A DNA stretch of 42,707 bases, taken from positions 1-42,707 of the IMG/VR virus record IMGVR_UViG_3300031990_000014. One strand, given 5' to 3'. Positions within the stretch are counted from its first letter, which is position 1; every line of letters begins with the position of its first letter. The DNA comes from a virus. Lineage: Duplodnaviria; Caudoviricetes. Both the position numbers and the translations under genes were made by a program. Positions 1 through 8,400 of the stretch are shown piece by piece. Below the pieces are notes generated by a model. That model saw only the letters and a list, made by a program, of their open reading frames with translations. It ran no database searches and was not told the origin of the DNA.

Positions 1-109
1 GCCGGGCAGGGCTGGGCAAGGCAGGCGAGGCGAGGCGAGGCGCGGCGCGGCCGGGCAAGGCAGGCGGGGCGTGGCCGGGCCAGGCTCGGCCTGGCAAGGC
101 AAGGCAGGC
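1..109 (+). repeat. GGC-NN pentanucleotide array, 3' part; candidate guide-RNA array
   Basis: Parses as (g)gc-CG-ggc-AG-ggc-TG-ggc-AA-ggc-A-ggc-GA-ggc-GA-ggc-GA-ggc-GC-ggc-GC-ggc-CG-ggc-AA-ggc-A-ggc-GG-ggc-GT-ggc-CG-ggc-CA-ggc-TC-ggc-CT-ggc-AA-ggc-AA-ggc-A-ggc. No credible ORF. Confidence 0.95.
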
Positions 110-119
110 ACGGAGCAGG

Positions 120-145
120 GCCGTCGGTCAATTCGGACCGGCGGC
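120..145 (+). other. Stem-loop immediately 3' of the GGC-NN array
   Basis: GCCGTCGGTC (120-129), loop AATTCG, GACCGGCGGC (136-145): 10-bp stem with one G:U pair and no U-tract. Followed by RBS GAGGAG (151-156). Confidence 0.75.
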
Positions 146-165
146 AAACTGAGGAGCAGACGAAG

Positions 166-642
166 ATGACCGCTACACGGAAAAAGAGGTGGGAGTTGGA
201 GCTCAGCCGTATCGCGGACGCAACCGGGGCGCTGACCCCGGCACTGGTGGTGGAGGCGGCGACCGACCCGGAGAGCCCGCTGCACGACGCATTCGACTGG
301 GACGACAGCGCGGCCGCGCACAAATACCGCCTGGTGCAGGCGCGCTCGATGATTCGCTCGGTGCGCTTCGTGCGCGGCGACATCGTGCACCACGAGTACA
401 CGAATGTGCTCGTGGAGCGATCCCCGATGTACGTGCGCACGGAGGCCCTGGCCGACAAGCCCAACCTGCTGGCGCAGGCGCTGGAGCGAGCACACCGGCG
501 CCACGCGGAGTGCGAGCACGAAATCCGCTCGCTGCTCGCAATCGCCGAGTCCGAGCCGGGCAAGGACACGTGGGTGCTGGCGCTCAACACCACGCTTTCT
601 GCGCTGGCCGTCGCGCGCGAGTCCATGCGCGCACTGCACTGA
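166..642 (+). CDS. Conserved phage protein adjacent to the GGC-NN array (158 aa)
   Basis: RBS GAGGAG then ATG. Motif LTPALVVEAATDPESPLHDAFDWDDSAAAHKYRLVQARSMIRSV is recognisable as a widespread phage hypothetical family. Helical C-terminus. Confidence 0.85.
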   Translation: MTATRKKRWELELSRIADATGALTPALVVEAATDPESPLHDAFDWDDSAAAHKYRLVQARSMIRSVRFVRGDIVHHEYTNVLVERSPMYVRTEALADKPNLLAQALERAHRRHAECEHEIRSLLAIAESEPGKDTWVLALNTTLSALAVARESMRALH

Positions 643-651
643 GGAGGCGAG

Positions 652-1089
652 ATGAACGGCTTCGGATTGGCGCGCCTCGGGCGCGATGCGGAGATTCGGC
701 AGACGCCGAGCGGGCAGACGGTGGCCGGCCTGTCGCTGGCATTCAGCTACGGGCGCAAGGACGCCAGCGGATATCGGCCCACGCAGTGGGTTGACGCGAG
801 CCTGTGGGGCGAGCGCGCCACCAAGCTCGCGCAGTACCTGACCAAGGGCACGCTGCTGATGGTCAGCCTCGAGGAGGTGCACATCGACGAGTACGTGAAG
901 AAGGACGGGACCAAAGGCAGCACGATGCGTGCGCGCGTCAGCGACCTGGAGTTTGCCGGCGGCGGCGCTGACCGCGAAACGACCGGACAGACCCGGCACG
1001 AGGAGCAGAAGCGCGACGGCTACGCGCCGGCCACGCAGACCAAACCGGCGGCAGCCGCCGTCGACCTCAACGACGACATCCCATTCTAG
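652..1089 (+). CDS. ssb: Single-stranded DNA-binding protein
   Basis: RLGRDAEIRQTPSG OB-fold start, TQWVDASLWGERA, acidic tail DDIPF; RBS GAGGAGG. Confidence 0.95.
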   Translation: MNGFGLARLGRDAEIRQTPSGQTVAGLSLAFSYGRKDASGYRPTQWVDASLWGERATKLAQYLTKGTLLMVSLEEVHIDEYVKKDGTKGSTMRARVSDLEFAGGGADRETTGQTRHEEQKRDGYAPATQTKPAAAAVDLNDDIPF

Positions 1090-1097
1090 GAGACATC

Positions 1098-1322
1098 ATG
1101 ACCGCAACTTGCAGAGAAGTACTGGCCATCGCCATCGAGCAGATCAACGAACAACACATCGCCCGAGGCAAAGCGGCGCTGGAGGCATGCCTGAAGACCG
1201 GCACAGACCAGATTTCCCAGCTCAAGTGCCAGCTGGAAGCCGCTCAGACGTCCATCAACGCCCCCACGCTCGAGGCGCTGATGTTCGTTGTGTGCAATGC
1301 CGACTTCGGTGGGCTCCTGTGA
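1098..1322 (+). CDS. Hypothetical protein (74 aa)
   Basis: RBS AGGAG, tight packing after ssb. Confidence 0.7.
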   Translation: MTATCREVLAIAIEQINEQHIARGKAALEACLKTGTDQISQLKCQLEAAQTSINAPTLEALMFVVCNADFGGLL

Positions 1323-1486
1323 TGGCGAAAGCGAGGGTCACCCAGACCATCACGATCGAGCCCGGGGCGCTTGACGACGTCCACCTGCTCGACCTGGCCA
1401 AGTTCCTCGTCCAGCACGACCTGCAGATCGTGCAGGTGCGGGACGGACTCAAGATCCGCCGGCGCCCGGAGGTGACCGGCGGATAG
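1322..1486 (+). CDS. Hypothetical protein (54 aa, MAKARVTQTITIEPG...)
   Basis: TGATG overlap with the upstream stop; 3' part of ORF 929..1486. Confidence 0.6.
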   Translation: MAKARVTQTITIEPGALDDVHLLDLAKFLVQHDLQIVQVRDGLKIRRRPEVTGG

Positions 1487-1826
1487 CCTCGCGCCACGCG
1501 TCCATGGTGCGCCCGGTGATGCACATCACCGGGCGCCCAGTCTGTTCAGCCAAGTCCACCTCAAGGAGCGCGCCCTGGCTGCTCTCCCATCCCGGGAGAG
1601 CAGCGACCATGTGCGTCGTCAGCAGCGCGTGGACATCGATGCTCATGTAGTGAGCGCGGGTCTTGTCGGTGTCGGCGTGCAGCTCGGCGGGCGATACCAC
1701 CTCAAGCCCCAGCCGGCGCAGGCCAAACGCTGCGACCGCGAATGCCTCGTGGTTGTAATCCGGCATCCCCGTCATGGGGCCGGCGATGTAGCAGCGAATC
1801 GCTGGTTCCGTCAAAGCGGCGGGCAT
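1449..1826 (-). CDS. DUF4406-like (nucleoside deoxyribosyltransferase-like fold) protein
   Basis: YIAGPMTGMPDYNHEAF...VVSPAE...LPGWESSQGALLE motif. Confidence 0.85.
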   Translation of the reverse strand: MPAALTEPAIRCYIAGPMTGMPDYNHEAFAVAAFGLRRLGLEVVSPAELHADTDKTRAHYMSIDVHALLTTHMVAALPGWESSQGALLEVDLAEQTGRPVMCITGRTMDAWREAIRRSPPGAGGS

Positions 1827-2068
1827 TTAAGCGCCCGGTCGAGCTTGGTCTCGATGCGCGCGATGGTGCGCTCGAGCTCCTCTCGTTTGACGTACTGCCC
1901 AGCGACCAGCACATGCACCTCCTGCAGCTTGTTCGACAGCGCCTCGTCCGTCGTGCGCAGGTCGTACAGCGACGAGCGCAGCCCGTTGAGCATCCAACCC
2001 AGCACGACACCCAGAGAGCCGAGCACGAGATTGAATAGGGACTGCCAGTCCGGGCCGCTGTCGATCAC
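1811..2068 (-). CDS. Small membrane protein with coiled coil, lysis cluster (holin/antiholin-like)
   Basis: GTG start overlaps the endolysin stop (GTGA). One TM segment (LFNLVLGSLGVVLGWML), then a heptad tail ending ETKLDRAL. Confidence 0.7.
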   Translation of the reverse strand: MIDSGPDWQSLFNLVLGSLGVVLGWMLNGLRSSLYDLRTTDEALSNKLQEVHVLVAGQYVKREELERTIARIETKLDRALKCPPL

Positions 2069-2538
2069 CCCACCGCCTCCGTGGCCCTTGCGAAGTGCCC
2101 AGCCCATGTGTCCGGGTGGGGCTTGCCCGGCCGCCAGGTGCGCAGGTACAGCGACCACCCGCCGGCGGCATCCGTCGGCAACGGCGCCGGGTCGGTCCAC
2201 AACAGCAGCCGGGCAAACGCGGCGGCCAGTACGTCATTGTGCTCGATGGCGATGTAGCAGTCGGCCGCCGTCGAGGTGGCCGGGTAGTGCAGGGCCCGCA
2301 GCACAGAGCGGATGTGCGGCTTGCTCTGGGCGTGGCGCAGCACCCCTGCCACCCCGCCGCCCTGCTCGAACTGCCAGAAGCCCCGGGCCGGACCTCGAAT
2401 CTGCCGGCGATGGCGCATGGCCGACTCTTGCCCCGCGATGGCCAGCATCAGGACCCGCGCGGCGCGGCTGTCCATCCTCGGCGGGAGCAAGCTCAGCGCC
2501 GGGTCAATCGCAATGCGCGTCAGCAGCTCGGGCGTCAC
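2065..2538 (-). CDS. Putative endolysin (lysozyme/transglycosylase-like fold)
   Basis: LAIAGQES catalytic-Glu motif, GPARGFWQFE, YLRTWRPGKP; sits in the lysis cluster. Confidence 0.8.
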   Translation of the reverse strand: MTPELLTRIAIDPALSLLPPRMDSRAARVLMLAIAGQESAMRHRRQIRGPARGFWQFEQGGGVAGVLRHAQSKPHIRSVLRALHYPATSTAADCYIAIEHNDVLAAAFARLLLWTDPAPLPTDAAGGWSLYLRTWRPGKPHPDTWAGHFARATEAVG

Positions 2539-2747
2539 GCCGGCGGCACCGGTCCGAGGGCCGCCTCCAGCCGGTCGAGCGCCCGGCGCGCCCGGTCACG
2601 GTACTGGACGATGTCCACCTCCGAGAGATCTCGCCCCTCGGCGCGGGCGCGGGCTTCCAGGTCGGCCAGCTCCGCCAGCGTGAGACCCATCTGCAGGCCG
2701 GCCGCCGCCAAGCGGTTGACCAGCATCACCAGCTCGATGACGTTCAT
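2535..2747 (-). CDS. Hypothetical protein (70 aa)
   Basis: 4-nt overlaps with both neighbours; RBS GGAG. Confidence 0.7.
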   Translation of the reverse strand: MNVIELVMLVNRLAAAGLQMGLTLAELADLEARARAEGRDLSEVDIVQYRDRARRALDRLEAALGPVPPA

Positions 2748-3079
2748 TTCTGCTCCTCCGCCAGGAACGCGGCCACCTCGGCCGTCATGGACTCCACCAG
2801 CCGCAGCGTGGCCCGTGCATCATCTGGCCGCCCCTGGTCGATGGCAATCCGGGCAAGGCCCGTGAGCAGCATCGCGTGCTCGAGGATGGCCTGCACGTGT
2901 TCCCCCTGCCTCACGTCGAGCTGCCCAGCTAGCACCGCGTCGGCCGTGATGTGGGCGGTCTGCTCGATGGCGGCGTAGGCCACCGCCACCCGGCCGTGCC
3001 CCGTCTGCGGGACGAGATTGGCACAGCCGGCGCAGATGATGAGGATCGCGGCAAGCCATGCAACGCGAGCCTGGTTCAT
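2744..3079 (-). CDS. Putative lipoprotein (spanin-like position)
   Basis: Start MNQARVAWLAAILIICAG-C: signal peptide with lipobox; ATGA overlap with the holin stop. Confidence 0.7.
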   Translation of the reverse strand: MNQARVAWLAAILIICAGCANLVPQTGHGRVAVAYAAIEQTAHITADAVLAGQLDVRQGEHVQAILEHAMLLTGLARIAIDQGRPDDARATLRLVESMTAEVAAFLAEEQK

Positions 3080-3264
3080 GGGGTGCCCCCCCGGCGGTCC
3101 GGGATGAAGTACACCAGCGCCACGGTGATGATGCCGCCGACCGTGACAAGCAGGTCGTCGGTCAGCCACTCCGGCCGTGCCACTCCGTACATCTGCAGCA
3201 CGACCAGGAGTTGTGTGAGCAGCGCGGCAATCGCCTTTCGAGCTGGGTTGATTGGCAGAAGCAT
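3076..3264 (-). CDS. Putative holin (62 aa, 2 TM)
   Basis: RBS GGAGGAG before the ATG at 3264; two hydrophobic segments and a basic C-terminus. Confidence 0.65.
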   Translation of the reverse strand: MLLPINPARKAIAALLTQLLVVLQMYGVARPEWLTDDLLVTVGGIITVALVYFIPDRRGGTP

Positions 3265-3286
3265 GATGCTCTCCTCCAGTTGAATG

Positions 3287-3556
3287 TCACGTGCCATCCC
3301 ACCGGACCGCCATCACCCCCGCCCGCACCAGCACGGTGGCGCCCGACGTGGCCACGCAGCGCAGAGTGTAGCTGAGGCCGTGAAGGCCGTTGAGCATCCA
3401 GCCGAGCACGACGCCCAGCACACCAACCAAGATGTTGAACATCGATTGCCAGTCCGGGCCGTTGTCGGTCAGCACGCCGCCGGCTGCAGCCGAGTGCGCG
3501 GCCCAAAGCGCCAGCACCACCACCACCAGCCATGCCCACACCGGCAGCACAGTCAT
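3287..3556 (-). CDS. Membrane protein, partial paralogue of 1811..2068
   Basis: N-terminal hydrophobic segment, then DNGPDWQSMFNILVGVLGVVLGWMLNGL, nearly identical to the 1811..2068 product. Confidence 0.55.
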   Translation of the reverse strand: MTVLPVWAWLVVVVLALWAAHSAAAGGVLTDNGPDWQSMFNILVGVLGVVLGWMLNGLHGLSYTLRCVATSGATVLVRAGVMAVRWDGT

Positions 3557-3559
3557 CCG

Positions 3560-4051
3560 TCACGCCTCCCCTACTTCTGCACCGGACTCCAAGCGCGCCG
3601 ACAGGCGCGCCTCCACCGCTGACGCCCACACGCGGATGGCGGGTGGCGCGGCCGGCGGCACGTTCGCCAGCAGGTCGCGCAGCTCGCGGAGGTCGGCGCG
3701 CAACTGCTGTCGCTCACGCCTCGCGTCTTCCGTTTCGCGCCTGGATTCATCCCGCTCGCGCCTCGCCTCTTCCCGGGCAGGTCTCGCCTCTTCCCGCTCG
3801 CGCCTCGCTTCCTCGCGCGACCTCGCCGCCTCCTGCTGCGCGGTCAGGGTCTCTGGGTCCGGCGCCTCATCGTCCACCACCTCGAAGTCCTCGCGGTCGC
3901 GAGCAAGCTCGCGCACCATCTCGAAGTCCGGCCACGGAGCGGGCACGCCAACCGTCTCGCGGTGCGCCTCCATCTGCCCGTGGTACTTGGCCAGCGCGGC
4001 ACGCAGCACGGCCGCAGGGGCGGGCAGTTGACTCCGTCTGATCTTGCGCAT
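3560..4051 (-). CDS. Hypothetical protein downstream of the tail fibre (possible assembly chaperone) with charged heptad repeats
   Basis: ATG at 4051, 10 nt after the fibre stop; EEARRER-type repeats. Confidence 0.65.
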   Translation of the reverse strand: MRKIRRSQLPAPAAVLRAALAKYHGQMEAHRETVGVPAPWPDFEMVRELARDREDFEVVDDEAPDPETLTAQQEAARSREEARREREEARPAREEARRERDESRRETEDARRERQQLRADLRELRDLLANVPPAAPPAIRVWASAVEARLSARLESGAEVGEA

Positions 4052-4061
4052 GGCAGCCGGC

Positions 4062-5429
4062 CTAGGTCTTGATGATCTTGAGCACGACGGCCGAGGGCTG
4101 CATGTTGTTGTGCGCCGCGCCGCCGCCAGCGCCGTGGATGGAGACCCCCGTGCCGACATGGCTCGTACCGAGCGCACCCGCCGACCCGTTGTTTTGGCTA
4201 ATGCCGAAAGTCAGCCCTATTGCGCCGGCGGTTACCGCAGTATGCGAATGCCCCGGGTCTGACACCCCGTGGCCGTGCCAAGGCATCTCTGCCACCGCAA
4301 GGACGTGTGTCTCGGTGCCGCCCACGTTGCCCACGGCTGCCCCGGGTCCAGCGATGGCCGTGCCACCGCTGCCAACCGCAACGCGCCGGCGGAAATCAGG
4401 GACGTTGAACGTGGTGGTGCCGTTGCCGGCGCCCCACACCGTCCCGATAGCAGCAAACAGGCGGGCGGTGGCCCCGGTTCGCGAGTAGGCCGCCCCGTCG
4501 CAGAGCAGGTATCCGGACGGCGCCACGCCGCCTGCGAAGTCCAGGATGGTGCCGGACGGCACGCCCGCAGTGACGAACGACTCGAGATGGCATGTGGTGG
4601 GCGAGTCCACCGTCACCCGATGCAGCCCGTTTGCGGCAATCTCGCCGCCCTGAAGCGCTGCCCCTGCCACGCGGATGGCGATGGGGGCCAGGCCGCTGAT
4701 GGTGATGGTCGCGGCCCCGGTGTTTGCTGCGGCGCCGGCGAAGAACACGAACTCCTGCCCAGGCTGGTAACTCGGGATGCCGGTTGCCGGCGTCAGCGTC
4801 AGTGCGTTTGCCGCGCCGCCCGCCGTGCCGCCCCAATTGGTGGGGCCGGTGGCAGCCGCAGCGGCGCCCAGCGTGGCGCGGGCCTGCGTCGCGTCGACGT
4901 CGTCCAGCAGGGTGTTGATGAACGCGGACACGGGGCCGAGGCTTGCAGAAGTGCCGGCCGCAACGATGGGCGCGCCGCTGGCGTTGAACGCCAGAAACCG
5001 ATTGGCGCGTGTAGCGGCTGGCGGCAGTTCGGCGCCGGCCGGCTCCGTGATGGGCAGCCGCAGGCCACGGTCCGCCGTGAGATTCAACTGCTGCGTCAGC
5101 ACCACGGCCCGGTCAACAGCATCGTTGAGCGCGCTCGGCACCCAGGTGGCCGTGAACAGCGTCGGCTGCGTGAACGGCACCTGACTCTCGATCATCGCCG
5201 TCTGGCCGGTCGGCAGCGGCGCCACAAGCGTCACGGTCCCGCCAGAATCCGTCAGGGTAACGGTGTAGTCCTGGCCGAGCAGCGCGTTGGTGGTGACGCC
5301 AGTGGCCGTCACCGTGCGCGTGACCAGCAGGTCAGTCGGGGCGAACACCTTGAAGCCGAAGGGCAGCGCGGTCACCACGCCGTTGCCAACGAATGGCCCG
5401 GCAGACCTCGTCGTGGTTGTAACTGGCAC
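4062..5429 (-). CDS. Tail fibre protein with tail-collar domain
   Basis: Podovirus N-terminal anchor (GPFVGNGVVTALPFGFKVF, LNDAVDRAVVLTQQL). Collar motif VPSGTILDFAGGVAPSGYLLCDGAAYSR...TFNVPDFR. C-terminal HNNMQPSAVVLKIIKT. Confidence 0.9.
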   Translation of the reverse strand: MPVTTTTRSAGPFVGNGVVTALPFGFKVFAPTDLLVTRTVTATGVTTNALLGQDYTVTLTDSGGTVTLVAPLPTGQTAMIESQVPFTQPTLFTATWVPSALNDAVDRAVVLTQQLNLTADRGLRLPITEPAGAELPPAATRANRFLAFNASGAPIVAAGTSASLGPVSAFINTLLDDVDATQARATLGAAAAATGPTNWGGTAGGAANALTLTPATGIPSYQPGQEFVFFAGAAANTGAATITISGLAPIAIRVAGAALQGGEIAANGLHRVTVDSPTTCHLESFVTAGVPSGTILDFAGGVAPSGYLLCDGAAYSRTGATARLFAAIGTVWGAGNGTTTFNVPDFRRRVAVGSGGTAIAGPGAAVGNVGGTETHVLAVAEMPWHGHGVSDPGHSHTAVTAGAIGLTFGISQNNGSAGALGTSHVGTGVSIHGAGGGAAHNNMQPSAVVLKIIKT

Positions 5430-5460
5430 GTCACCCTCCCCCTGCCGTATCGGCGCGCGG

Positions 5461-5466
5461 ATTATA
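5461..5466 (-). promoter_or_regulatory. Possible -10 element upstream of the tail fibre
   Basis: Perfect TATAAT on the minus strand in a 50-nt intergenic gap of a GC-rich genome; -35 is weak. Confidence 0.35.
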
Positions 5467-5479
5467 GCCCGTCAGACTG

Positions 5480-8400
5480 TTACCGTTCGACGCCGAACAG
5501 AATCGCCGCCGGGTTCACCGTCTCTTCCTCGACCATGGCCTCGATGCCGTTCCACGTGCGATTGATCTGCGCGGATGGCAGGCCGACGCCCGTGCCCAAG
5601 ACGTTCACCATCTTCTTGCGGAAAGCCGTGTCGAACTCGCCTTGCCCGGCCTGGTGCGCAACGCCGTACAGGTCTGACAGCAGCCGCTCGCCTGCCGTTC
5701 CCGCGTAGGCCCGCATGGGCGACTCCGCCCCGACCAGCGTCGCGCCAAGGTTTCCAAGGTCACGCACCAAGATCATAGTGCCCATCAGCATGCTGATGTG
5801 GTCGGCGGCCAGCTTGCGCGCCAGCATCCCCCAATCCTCTTCGTCCTCTCCGATGTCCGGCATCAGCACCTCCCTTAGGAAATGGGTCATGACAATCGGA
5901 ATCGTGAACAACAGCAGCCCATCCATGGCCTTCTCCATGCGCGACTTCTTGGAAGCCAAGGACGTGGCCGCCAGGTTGAAGACGGCGTTCATGTACGAGT
6001 AGAAGACGGTGAAGAGCTTCATGTAGGGGCCGCCACGCTCGATGCCGGCCTGGTCCTTCAGCATCCCCGACCCTTGGGTGTCGATAACCGCCTGGTCAGC
6101 CAGCGCCACCGCGCGCGCATCGTCGCTCCCCTCGGACAGGGCTCGCGCGTAGGCCGCATTCCACGTCGGCATGTCGACCAACTGCTGCACCTTCACGATC
6201 AGCAGAAACGCGCCAGCCTGAAGCGCCCGCATCCCAGACGACCCGCCTTGGATGCGCCCGCGCAGCTCGTTCAGCTCAAGAAACTGAGTGCGCGACCGCA
6301 GTGCCATGAACGAACTGCGCGCGTGCGTTTCGCGGGTGACCGTCACGGGCGCCCTCGCATACTGGGCTATGGCCGGCCCCATCCAGCGAGACCCAACACG
6401 CACGAGCGAATTGGACACGCCCGTGACCTGTATGGCGGCCGTCAGCAGGTTGTAGCCAAGCCCGGCAATCGAGACGTTCCGCCGCAGCCACGTCGCGGAC
6501 TCCTCGTTGTGGGCCGTGGGCTCGCCGGCAGCGATGTCGGTTTTCCAGCGCTTCAACTCCGTCGCCATCTCCGGGCCGTAGTGCTGGCGGATGGCCTGCT
6601 GGATCTTGTCGGCTCGCATCAGCCGGTTCACGTCAATCAGCCACTCGTGCCAGCTCAGGTCGTGGATAACCTCGTTCAGCCCCTGGAACAGACCGTCAAA
6701 CGTCAGCAGAAGCGGGCGGCCCATCACCACCTTCACGCGCGACTTCGTGAAGCTACGGCGCGTCGTGTCGGACGTGTAGGCGCCGCGCATCATGGCCCGC
6801 GCTTCGTCTGCGTCCACCAACTCCTCGGCGCGCGCACTGGCGGCCGGGTCGTACTTGATGGGGTAGTACCCGCCGCGCATCGACACGACCTCACCATCAC
6901 TGGACGTGACCTCGAACGGCACGGCCGGCACCCACTCAGGTTCCTTGCCGTAGACGCGCTTCTCCTTGGCCGCGATCAGGGGGCGGTAGGACTCGAACAA
7001 GTCCCACACTTGCTGCACGGCCCTCAATTCCGCGGCTGTCAGCGACTCCAGCACAGGCTGGATGGCGTCGCGTGTCCAGTTCTCCCCTCCCAGCAGCCGC
7101 TGCATGTTGCCTTCGTTGCCAGTGTTCAAGGCGATAGCCAGTCGCTCGCCACGATTCAGCGGCCGCGCGATGCCGGCAAAGGACATGCGGCCACCACCAA
7201 AGGCCCCGCCAGCGAACAAGGGAGCCAAGATGGCCGAGGCACGCACCGTCGCATCTGCCCGCATCTGCACTTCTTGGTCGCCGGCAGCGTTGGCCGTGCG
7301 GGTGATGTACTCCCAGAACGGGCCGCCGTCCTTGCCGCCGTCCAAAATCCTGCCAATGGCAGCGGCCTTGTAGTGACTGGTGACGAACCGGCGAAGGCCT
7401 GCCATCACTTGGCCCACCCAAGTTGTGGCCGTTCGCGGCGTGATGGTGCGCATTGAATTGGCCACGATGCTGTCGGCAATCAGGTCGCGCACCGCCTCGA
7501 ACTCGCGCTTGTCACGCGACGTGAGCAACCTCTTCTTGAGCCTGCCGAGGTGCTCAATGGCACGCACCGCGTCCACCAAGCCGCGAAACTCCTCGACCGT
7601 CATCTCTTTGTAGTTCACGGTCCGGGCGTCATCGGCCAGCGCCGGGTCAATCTCCGGGACAAGCCCGACCTCTTCCTGAGAGTCAAGCCATTCACGCAAG
7701 GACGCGCGGCGGTCCAACGTGCGCAGCGAGCGCTCCTTCAACTCGTGCCGCTCGAGAAGCGCCTCAATCTGGTCAACGTACTCCGGCGGCAGCCGCCGGC
7801 GCGCGCCAGGCTTGGCAAAGCGACGCATGTACGCAACGCCGCGCTCGACCTCGCGCAGCGCGCGATACGCCTCACGCGTCGCGTACGTGTGCACGGCCTG
7901 CGTCCGCTTCTCGGCGGCAGCGCGCTCGACATCTGCCGCGCGGAACGCCCGCTCTGCCTCGATGCCTGCGCGCGCTGCCGTGCCGGCGTACTGCGCTGGG
8001 CGAAGGTTGCGAATGCGCAAGCGCGCCACCATGGCCGCTGCAAACTGGCGCGCGGCATCCGGCACGATACTGCGGCGGCGACCACCGGCACCTTCCGCAC
8101 GACCGCCGGCCGCCATCCTCGCCAGCGCGTTTGCCTCGGCCGTGACGAACCGCGCGCGCGCCTCGCCGTGGACCGCCTCATCCGCCGCTCGCTCGATGGC
8201 CTCCGGCGTGGCAAGCTCGGCGTGCTGCTCAAACATGGCAGCGTCTGTCGCCGCCTCTATTGCCGCGCGCGGCGGCGGCGCCGCAACAAGCGCCGCAATC
8301 AGCTCGTCGCCCGTCTCGAAGCCGAACAGGTTGGCCACCAACTCAGGATGCACACCATCCGCCCCGGTCATGCGCTTGGCGCGCAGCGCGTCGATGGCCT

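Noticed and set aside
1-109. Array as a CRISPR array, simple microsatellite or terminal repeat
   Set aside because: There are no 25-40-nt repeats with spacers and no cas genes. Units are not homogeneous, and the two window ends are not copies of each other.
1980-5429. Diversity-generating retroelement as in BPP-1
   Set aside because: No reverse transcriptase is present. The only duplicated segment differs at all base types rather than only at adenines and is not in the tail fibre C-terminus.
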